The notes below the pieces were generated by a model that was given only the letters and a program-made list of their open reading frames with translations, had not been told where the DNA came from and ran no database searches. Shown here piece by piece: positions 53,764-64,000 of a stretch of 64,000 nt of DNA. The translations under genes and the position numbers were made by a program. The stretch comes from Octopus vulgaris (Eukaryota), in NCBI GenBank assembly GCA_951406725.2, contig OX597828.1:41912001-41976000 (forward strand). Reading direction: 5' to 3'. The stretch's first letter is position 1, and the number at the start of each line of letters is the position of its first letter.

Positions 53764-54097
53764 TAATTTTTTTATTACCCATTAGGGGCCAAAAATAGAG
53801 GTTATACATTACAAAAGCAATACAAAACACATAATCGGGGAAATAAAAATACAGAAAGAAATCGAGTAAAGAAGAAAAAAGAAAAAGAACGAATGAAAAT
53901 CTGAATATGATAAAATGAGACGCAATGTCCACTCGACGCTCGAAGTCGAGTGGTTACATTTAGACATTATTTTGGACAATTTTTCCTCCTTTTTCCTTTT
54001 TTTCCTTTTTTTTATAATTTAATAAGTTCACATCTTCGTAATTTTTTTTTTTATATTGTGCATATTTTTTTAATGTTTTTACACCCTTTATATTCAA

Positions 54098-54493
54098 CTT
54101 GCAGTATCGCCCGGCGTTGCTCGGGTTTGTAAGGGAAATAACTATATAAGCATTTTTAGAGAGTTATAGCCAAAAAATAGCAAAAAATGCATTAAAAATG
54201 GAAAAAAAATGATGGTAAATTTTTTTTAAATCGTTGACTCATCGTAGACATTTTTAGAGAGTTACTTCCCTTATATAATAGCGAAAAAATGCATTAAAAT
54301 GGAAAAAAATGATGGTAATTTTTTTTTTAAATCGTAGACTCATTGTAGACGCGCGCTAATACCCAGAAGGGCTCGATATGAATCACGACTATAAGATACC
54401 CGGTTTTGGTTAAACTGCACCGCAAAATGTGAGAGTAGTTAGGAATCTAAATCGTAGGAGACAGACACACAACTTCACTTTTATATATAAAGA
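54098..54493 (-). mobile_element. Non-autonomous Helitron (~396 bp)
   Basis: Minus strand A|TCtttatatataaaag...CCCGAGCAACGCCGGG hairpin, then cgatactgCAAG|T (CTAG with one change); AT target, no TSD; internal ~98-bp tandem duplication (54151 and 54249). Confidence 0.8.
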
Positions 54494-54499
54494 TTACGG

Positions 54500-55205
54500 G
54501 TAGTAGGGCATCAAACTACATCTGCCCGTCAATTGAAGTTATATACCTTGTATATGATTTTTCCGAACGTGTCGTATCTATGGACATTCAATAGTACACA
54601 CTTTTCCACCTCCTTGGAATCCTCCCTGGGCAGCTTCACCCTTCCTAATCCCTTCTACTTGGAAATTCTCCTTTCCGCATCTACATTCCTTTGGCCGTAG
54701 ACTATGAATGCCTCATTTCTAAAACGGTGCTGTACATTCTCTTCAACCGATTCTCTCTTGGTTCCGTCTCTACTGTCTGCGTATGCTTGAATATAGGTAG
54801 CTCCCTACCTTCTTTGGGCGTCCTATCTGGTTCTGCTGCTGGTCTTTCCGAGTGTTCTCTTGATTTCACCTTTTTTCCTCCTTTTGGGGCTGACAAACCC
54901 GTCACTGGTCGCTTTCGTTCTGTCTTTCTTCGGCTCCACCTCTTTCATATCCCCGGCGCACTCCATATCGCTTTTGCCGTCTCCGTCTTTTATTGCTTCA
55001 ATTGTTACTTCAATCTCCATTTCTTCTTGGTCTCTCTCCACAGCCTTCCCCACCCGAAGAGGCTTGTGCTTGGAGCACTGCGTTTTCATGTGGCCTCTCA
55101 CTCTACATTCGTAACAATTTGGTCGGCTTCCCTCAACAATTACTTTGAGGGAATTCTCTCCCGGAATCTTTGTTCTGGTAGGGGATCCCTTCAATGTCTT
55201 CAATT
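54500..55205 (-). mobile_element. Retrotransposon ORF1/gag-like fragment with CCHC zinc knuckle (decayed)
   Basis: VIVEGSRPNCYECRVRGHMKTQC (Cx2Cx4Hx4C) followed by a charged linker and FVSPKRRK. Confidence 0.65.
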
Positions 55206-55232
55206 ATGTAATAATATAAATTATATATAAGT

Positions 55233-55278
<46 letters not shown>

Positions 55279-55611
55279 GAGTCATTATACGGATAAACAA
55301 ATTAAATATATCAAATATACGGAGAATCTTTGGATCTCATCTGTGGACTAGATAGATAAAGAGAGAGAGAGATGGAGAGAAAGAGCGAGTGAGAGAGAGA
55401 GAGAGAGAGAGAGAGTGTGTGTGTGAAAGAGAGAGAGAGAGAGTGAAAGAGAGAGAGAGAGACGGACAGAGAGAGAGAGAGAGAGAGAGAGACGGACAGA
55501 GAAGAGAGGGGTGATAAATGAGAGAGTCGTATTTGGAGCGCTTTGGAGAACTTTGGTTCGATCAGGAAGTGCATTGTAGATAAATGAGTAATAAAAATAC
55601 TACTGCTGCTG

Positions 55612-55647
<36 letters not shown>

Positions 55648-55695
55648 ATAATAATAATAATAGTAATAATAATACAACTACAACTTACACCAGCA

Positions 55696-55742
<47 letters not shown>

Positions 55743-56345
55743 AACTTACACCAGCATACGTCGTTAATACTACCACCGCAATGGCTGCGTTCACCACCGC
55801 CACAAGCAACGTCAACAACATAAAAATCTAACAAACCCATCGTCCCCCATCCCCACCGACATCTCACACCACTCCACTACCACAACAACCACAAGAACAT
55901 CACCACCACTATCTATACTAGCACCATCACAATCACTACAAACGGCGCCACCTCCACCACCACCACCACCACCACCACCACCGACACTACTACTACCACC
56001 ACAACCAATATCATCTCTACCACCACTGGTACCGCCATTACTACCACAACCACAACTACTTTCACCACCACCACCACCACCACCACCACCACCACTACCA
56101 CCACCACCACCACCAGCATCACTACCACCACCAACAACAACATAAACACCAACACTAGCACTCGCCAAAACCATTTCCACGAATACCACCACCACAAAAC
56201 TTCTACACCACTACAACACCCTCTTCCACCACCACCACCACCACCACCACCACCACCACAACCACCACTATCTCCACCACCACTAACACTGCCATTAACC
56301 TTTCTTCATAATTGATGTTCGGCATAGAGTTTTCCCGCCCTTTAC

Positions 56346-56396
<51 letters not shown>

Positions 56397-58195
56397 TTAT
56401 ATATATATATGTATATATATACATGTATTAATATTTCCATTTTATATATTTTTATACATATTTCTAATTACTTTTTTAGGGTTTCAAAATTATCTTTTTA
56501 TTTTTATTTCATTTCTTGTTGGTTTTTTATTATTTTGCAACATTTATTGTTAACTTCGTGTAAAGGAGAGCTCTAGGAAGGAAGGGGACCTAAGCAAAAA
56601 TAATTGCTGAACACAATGGCGATATCTACGGTTTGGGGCTATATTTTGCCGTGTGTATCGATGTTATTTGTATTGTTTTCACATCGAAAGCTTTCTGAAC
56701 AAAAATCCTGCTATGGCCTTACCGCTGACTTTCTCCCCGTCTTTTTCTCCTCAATATTCTCCTCTACTTTTCCTACGGCGGACTCGACCGCATTTTCTAA
56801 TTACACATTGTCTTCTCTCGTCTATTCGTTTTGTTTCTAGGAATAAACCCTGGAGATATACTCTATGGTTTATGATAAAAATCATAGGTGAATGTCTTCT
56901 GTACGTGCACGTGAGGTTGGTGTCGGAGAAAGTGTGTGAAAAAAAGATGTGTGTATGAGTGTGTGTGTGTGTGTGTATGAATCAGTGTATGTGTGTGAGA
57001 GTGTACATAGACGAAAATATCTGCTGTTTTGTATGTCTGTGTGTGTGTGAATTTGTGTAAGCTCGCGCGTGTGCGTGCATGTCTATGTGTGTGTGTGTTT
57101 GCAAGTATCAGTTTGAAAGGTACTTCGTGTTATGCAGAGAATAATGCGTGCATACGAACGAGCACTCACACGCAAACACACACTCACAGAGACGTATATA
57201 TCTATGTATGTGAGTCTGCATATATACCATCTATACATACACACACAAACACATGGATACATACACAATTACACATATGTGTATACACATATAAGCACAC
57301 GTACAAATACATGCATAATACGTACACGCATATATACACCCACACATAAACATACACACATAGTTCCCTGTTGTGCATGCATATAAGATGTGGGTACTCA
57401 TCCTAACATGAAACTCGAGTGCTTGTATACCGTGTACGCGCAAATGTGCATGTATGCATGCGTGTGTGTAACTGTAAATATATGTATATGTGTCTATGTA
57501 TGTATGCACGCATGTTTGTATGTATGTATTTATATATATATTTATATATATATATAGACCCACATTTACAGAACGTATATTTTATTAACCACAAAAGTGG
57601 TTAATAAGCTCTTGTGCTGGAAGTTTGTGGTCTGAAATGTTTGTCGTATGGGTGGTAAACAAGCCTATATATCAGAAACCGAAGGTTTCCTGCAATTGAT
57701 CTCATGCCCCTCTGTCTCCCCAGTAGTTTATTTCAAATCAATAATGAACCCTTGTATTTTCGTGCGCGTGCATACGCGCGTGTGAATATGTGTGTGTGTT
57801 TGTGTGTGTGCGTGTGTGTGCGTGCGCATGTATCTGTGTGTGTGTGTGTGTGTGCGTATGTGTATGTATGTGAACATGTTAATATGTGACATAATATCAG
57901 TGAATGTACATACATACATATATGCATACATGTAGAGATACGGACGTTATGCAAACACACACACATACATATGCACACACATGCGCACAGACACGCATGC
58001 ACGCACACACTGACACACACACACAGCTATATAGACGCACACATGGCCCCATGTTTCAGTTCTTGATTTCATTTACCGAAGGAAGCTGGTTTAACGTATC
58101 ATTACCCCCTCCCACACACACATACGCTCATGCACAAACACATTTATACAGAGAGAGATAGAGATAGAGAGAGAGAGAGAGAGAGAGATAGATAG

Positions 58196-58274
<79 letters not shown>

Positions 58275-58396
58275 GAGGTTTTGCATTCAAGTACTACCGA
58301 TCTTCTCCACAGAGGTAAGAACTGAAAGATCTGATCATATAATTTGGAAATACTTTACACCCACTCTTTGACACTGAGTACTTTTACTACTGTGTA

Positions 58397-58477
58397 CAGT
58401 AATCCCTCGACTATCGCGGGTGTTACGTTCCAAAACCCCCGCGATAGCTGAAAATCCGCCAAGTAGAAACAGTACTG
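58397..58477. mobile_element. Tigger/pogo-like (Tc1/mariner) mini-MITE
   Basis: TA|CAGTAatccctcg...TACTG|TA with internal inverted repeat ctatcgcggg/cccgcgatag. Confidence 0.65.
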
Positions 58478-58479
58478 TA

Positions 58480-58890
58480 AGGTGAGCTGGCAGAAACGTT
58501 AGCACGCCGGGCGAAATGCTTAGCGGCATTTCGTCTGCCGCTACGTTCTGAGTTCAAATTCCGCTGAGGTCGACTTTGCCTTTTATCCTTTCGGGGTTGA
58601 TAAATTAAGTACCAGTTACGCACTGGGGTCGATGTAATCGACTTAATCCCTTTGTCTGTCCTTGTTTGTCCTCTCTGTTTTTAGCCCTTTGTGGGTAGTA
58701 AAGAAATAGGTATTTCGTCTGCCGCTACATTCTGAGTTCAAATTCCGCCGAGGTCGACTTTGCCTTTCATTCTTTCGTGGTCGATAAATTAAGTACCAGT
58801 TACGCACTGTAATCGACTTAATCCGTTTGTCTGTCCTTGTTTGTCCCCTCTATGTTTAGCCCCTTGTGGGCAATAAAGAAATAAGAAATA
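58480..58890 (+). mobile_element. SINE family A, dimeric copy
   Basis: Units begin at 58527 and 58711 (184 bp apart). Confidence 0.92.
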
Positions 58891-59046
58891 TCTAGCTTTC
58901 AAACTCTAACAGAAATTTCTCCGAGAAATGACAGATAATCTTCCGATTCTGTGTGTGTGTGGTTTTCTGTGAGACGCCTTCATTTTTATATTCTTCATCA
59001 TCAGCATCCTGTCGTGTGACTTGCCTGGACCAAGAAGCCATACTGA

Positions 59047-59103
59047 AGGCGGCGAGCTGGCAGAATCGTTAGCACGCCGGGCGAAATGCTTAGCGGTATT
59101 TCG
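59047..59103 (+). mobile_element. SINE family A head only
   Basis: aaggcggcgagctggcagaatcgttagcacgccgggcgaaatgcttagcggtatttcg. Confidence 0.85.
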
Positions 59104-59702
59104 GTAGTTGAACTTACTAAGTCAAAGGCGAATATCACTAATTACGAAGCAAATGAGCAGACAACAAACTGTTGTTAAAGACGTTATAATGTTAAAAAAC
59201 CAGAATAAACGCCAGAGCTCGGCGAAAAGAAATCAGCCCAGAAAGATAGATACGCATTTCACCGTTGTTACGGCTTTTCAATATCGAGTACCCGCGTCGC
59301 TTCCGAAACAAATTCGAATCTGCTAATCTGAAGTATATAAATATATTGTATAACGTACGTGAGCAGAATGAACTCAAATCATCACCTTTGGTGAGATCTA
59401 GTGCCTAATAGCACCCCGAGCCAGGTTTCCATTGAAATTACGGGAAGCAGCATGGTGGATGTGAACTATTTCGGCAGTTGAACTTACTAAATCAAAGGCG
59501 AATTACTAAGCAGATGAGCAGACAACAAACTGTCAACGACCAAAATCAACCAGTTCACTTTGCGAACAATTACCATCAGTAGTCGTGACTGAGCAAATGG
59601 AACATTCATCTATCAAAACACCTGTATGGCTTATTTCTTTACTGCTCACAAGGGGCTACACACAGAGGGTGTAAATATACATATATATATATATATATAT
59701 AT

Positions 59703-59924
59703 ATCACGTCACGTGATCACGTGAGCGACCAGACCATCAGAAGAAAGAGTGGTGAAGGAGTACAGTAGGGTTCAGTAGGGTTCACCACCACCCCCTGCCG
59801 GAGCCTCGTGGAACTTTTTAGGTGTTTTCGCTCAATAAACACACACAACGCCCGGTCTCGAAATCGAAACCGCGATCCTAAGACCGCGAGTCCGCTGCCC
59901 TAACCACTGGGCCATTGCGCCTCC
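59703..59924 (-). mobile_element. SINE family C (tRNA-derived)
   Basis: Minus strand ggaggcgcaatggcccagtggttaggg (box A) ...ggtttcgattt (box B-like), then non-tRNA body and a tail with cacgtga repeats; flanked by (TA)n. Confidence 0.8.
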
Positions 59925-59947
59925 ATATATATATATATATATATAAT

Positions 59948-60370
<423 letters not shown>

Positions 60371-61654
60371 CCTGTACGTATGCTTGTATGTTTATTTATG
60401 TAAGTATGTATGTACGTCAAGTCATTCTCATCGCTATGTCTATGTGGATTGTGTCAGTCTATGTGAAACGCATCTCATGTAGTCATACCGTTTGCAACTG
60501 AACCGGCAACTCCACCAAGATTGCTTGGAAATGAGGATGTTTTCCTCTGGACACTCAACAAGATATGAAACAAAGCCAATCAAATGGTCATCCAACAGCT
60601 ATGAATGAGTGACCCACTAGCCTTTGTTTAAACGTCTCTCAAGAAGGAAAACTCTGATACAGCACCTGTCACTTCGTTTGAATCTAATGATACAGAGCAG
60701 CTCTTCGTTTTGAGCAAACGCATACGTTGTTTGGAGAGCCGGATTGACCTATTGTATATCTATTCCTCCATATAAATAGCTTAAGGCACAGCCGTAACTT
60801 CATTTTTAATATCTCTATTATGTATTGTATACAATGGCTAGCCGTAGCCGAAAATCTCAAAACGCACCAGGAAAAATTCCCATGACCGAGTGAAAGCATA
60901 TATCATTGAGTGTACCATGCTCTCTGTACACCTGCTGCAAGAGGTGTCCATCATTACCAAGTCTGCGTCAAAGCTTGTAGGTCCCCAGCAGGACAGAAAA
61001 GTCAAATCTGTAAACCTGTGGTGCTTTAAGAGAATAATTAAGCAATGGCATTGTTCGGAATCGAATTGCAGAGAAAATACATACATACACTCACACAAAT
61101 ATACACACATACATACAAACACACATACTTACATACATACAAACATAGAAACATACATACACACGTTTACAAACATACATAAACACACATACATACACAC
61201 ACTCACACATATATACATAAACACACACACATACACACATACATACATACATACATACATGCATACATACATAAATGCACACACATACACACACACATAC
61301 ACACATACCTACATGCATACATATACACATACACACACATACAGACACTCACACATACTTACATAAATACGTACATGCATGCATATATATATACATATAT
61401 ACAAACGATGAATAGCCTTCGCGTAAACCACAGGTTCGTTTTGTTCTCTTACTTTATTATCATCTTATAATCATCTCATAATAATGACCTTTATGACTCG
61501 TATTACTACCTCAGTCAATCTAAATGTATATATTTGTCACTACCTGTCATAAATAGCCTTTTTCTATTTGCAATATGCATCTTCGTTGATTTTTCATATT
61601 TTACTCTTACATTTCCACGTGTATTTTATATTTTCTTTTCGTAACATATTTCTA

Positions 61655-61704
<50 letters not shown>

Positions 61705-61745
61705 ATATATATATATATGTATGTATATATATATATATATATATG

Positions 61746-61885
<140 letters not shown>

Positions 61886-61928
61886 TATTTCGGAATGGTC
61901 ATATTGCCAGTTTAGCCAATATTTAAAC

Positions 61929-61961
<33 letters not shown>

Positions 61962-61963
<2 letters not shown>

Positions 61964-62075
61964 CGGGAAGCTTTATGAAAATAAACAAAAGACGAAGGCA
62001 GGTGGAATACAAACAAACAATTGTATTAGTATGGCGCTCAGGAATAGAAATAAAACAAGTCTTTTACGTTGCAAA
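61962..62075 (-). mobile_element. Penelope-like terminal fragment
   Basis: Reverse complement (aacgtaaaagac...cctgagcgccatactaatacaattgtttgtttgt..cacctgccttcgtcttttgttt) resembles 296-390; abuts (TA)n. Confidence 0.55.
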
Positions 62076-62249
62076 CCGGTGTCACTTTGTTAACGTTCCC
62101 GTAAATTAGGGGTCGATAGAATAAATACCAGGCTTAAAAATGTAACACCGACAAGACTGCCCCAACATGGCCACAACCCTAAGTAAAAAATAAGAAAAAA
62201 TGACACAAGTAAAAAATAAATGATAAAAGATTACAGATTCATCGTAATT

Positions 62250-62402
62250 AGACTGTGACCATGCTGGGGCACCACTTTGAAAACTTTTATTCAATCAGTC
62301 ACTTTTGGCGAACCACTAAGTTACGCGGACGCAAACACACCAGCACCGGTTGTCAAGCGATAGCGGGGAACAAATACTGCTACAAAAACACACATACACA
62401 CA

Positions 62403-62459
<57 letters not shown>

Positions 62460-62975
62460 AAATATTTGGGAATAAATCCAAACTTACAGGGAAAAATCAG
62501 ATTTAGGATTAAATCCAATTTTATAGTAAAATATTATATTATATTAAATTAGAGATAAAACCACTATTAAGCAAATCATACAATGAAAAACTTAAGCCAA
62601 TACATAAGATTAATTAATTTATATTATTTAAATATATAACAAAATTATTAAAAAAGATAATTAATATTAATTATCTTTTTTAATAATTTTGTTATATATA
62701 TAAATAATATAAATTAATTAATCTTATGTATTGGCTTAAGTTTTTCATTGTATGATTTGCTTAATAGTGGTTTTATCTCTAATTTAATATAATATATATA
62801 GATATAGATATATATATAAGACGGGCTTCTTTCATTTTCCGCCTACCAAATTCACTCACAAGGCTTTGGTCGGCACGAGGCTATAGCAGAAGACTTTTGC
62901 TCATGGTGCCACGCAGTGGAACCGAACCCGGAACCGTGTGGTTTGGAAGCAAGCTTTTTACTAACAGGGCCACGG
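62250..62975 (-). mobile_element. SINE family B with a nested palindromic insert in its internal microsatellite
   Basis: 3' half 62250-62385, (TA)n, insert 62459-62796, 5' half 62820-62975. Confidence 0.85.
62535..62796. repeat. 262-bp spacerless inverted repeat (131-bp arms, one mismatch)
   Basis: Checked base by base; centre between 62665 and 62666; sole mismatch 62631/62700. Confidence 0.97.
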
Positions 62976-64000
62976 TTATCTTTTGAAATGAATGACCAAC
63001 CAGTAAGCAATTGCGACATTGCATCATGTTGGTGCTCCATTTTTTCCACGTAGATATAAAATGCATGTCAACAACCTACACATTGAGTTAGACTTGTATA
63101 TCTCCTTAAACCTCTTGGAACAGCTGTGGTCCTTTCCTTGGGAAAATCTTGGGGCCTTTTACTTATTTGCTATCTTTTTTGCACTCATTCATTCAATTTC
63201 TCACCCTCTATCTTTTTCTCGCTTTCTTCCTTTTGAGTGTGTGTATATATATATATATATATATATTATGCATTGAAAGGCTTACATACCCATGGCTGAA
63301 TAAATAAGGTATATGCAAGTGTTTGTGTGTGTGTGTATGAGTGTATTCTTGAAAGCCAGGTTACGGTGACATCTTTGAATCTGGACGAGTATGTATATAT
63401 ATATATATATATATATACATATATAGATACATATGTATACAAATATAGATGTACATATTCACACAGATATATCTATATATATATATATATATATATACAT
63501 ATATATACATATATACATATATATACATATACATATATATATATATACATATATACATATATATACATATACATATATATATAAATACATATATATAAAT
63601 ACATATATATGTATATACATATATATATAGGCATATATGTATATATATACATATATAAATGCATATATGTATATATATACATATATACGCATATATGTAT
63701 ATATATGCATATATATACATATACACACGCACATATATATATATACACTTATACACACATAAACACACAAACACATATACTTACACACATGCATACATAT
63801 AAATACGTACGTATATATATCTATATCTGTAGTTATGTTTGTATTTATCTACATGAATGTGTGCGTGTGTGTATACACTCACACACACATATATGCCTCT
63901 CTCTCTCTGTATATATATGTGTGTGTATGTGTGTGTATGTACACGCGTGTGCTTCAACGCAACTACATATAAATATACATCATTACATCTACTGCCACAC

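Noticed and set aside
59850-59924. tRNA-like sequence (also 60190-60263 and 31932-32000)
   Set aside because: Box A/B are present, but there is no proper acceptor stem and each runs into a SINE body, so these are SINE heads rather than tRNA genes.
60480-61070. Unique stretch with aaggaaaactctgat, reminiscent of RTE 5' UTRs
   Set aside because: A single short motif with no endonuclease ORF downstream is insufficient support.

Overview
Eukaryotic, AT-rich, repeat-saturated intergenic/intronic DNA, most likely from an octopus (coleoid cephalopod). That assignment is an inference from the extreme di/tri/tetranucleotide microsatellite load and the recurrent tRNA-derived SINE families. I found no intact host protein-coding gene, rRNA, true tRNA or CRISPR array; nearly all entries in the ORF track are read-throughs of microsatellites. 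Real coding remnants are all decayed retrotransposons: an RTE-clade LINE (20.4-22.6 kb, +), a Hero-like REL-endonuclease LINE 3' end (2.15-2.6 kb, -), an L1/Tx1-like ORF2 fragment split by a SINE with a target-site duplication (10.2-11.2 kb, +) and a zinc-knuckle ORF1-like piece (54.5-55.2 kb, -). Also present: at least four SINE families, a non-autonomous Helitron, a Tigger-like mini-MITE, Penelope-like terminal fragments in (TA)n tracts, a 1.9-kb GGAACTTTCCAGGAA minisatellite and a 100-N assembly gap. Most notable are (i) four minimal hammerhead-ribozyme-shaped motifs in (TA)n-associated elements, (ii) a 262-bp spacerless near-perfect palindrome, (iii) a SINE forming ~184-bp concatemers with the same junction at many loci, (iv) a SINE whose internal microsatellite hosts nested insertions, and (v) the minisatellite packed with NF-kB/STAT/HSF-like motifs. 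Family assignments come from remembered motifs, not database searches, and most element boundaries are approximate.
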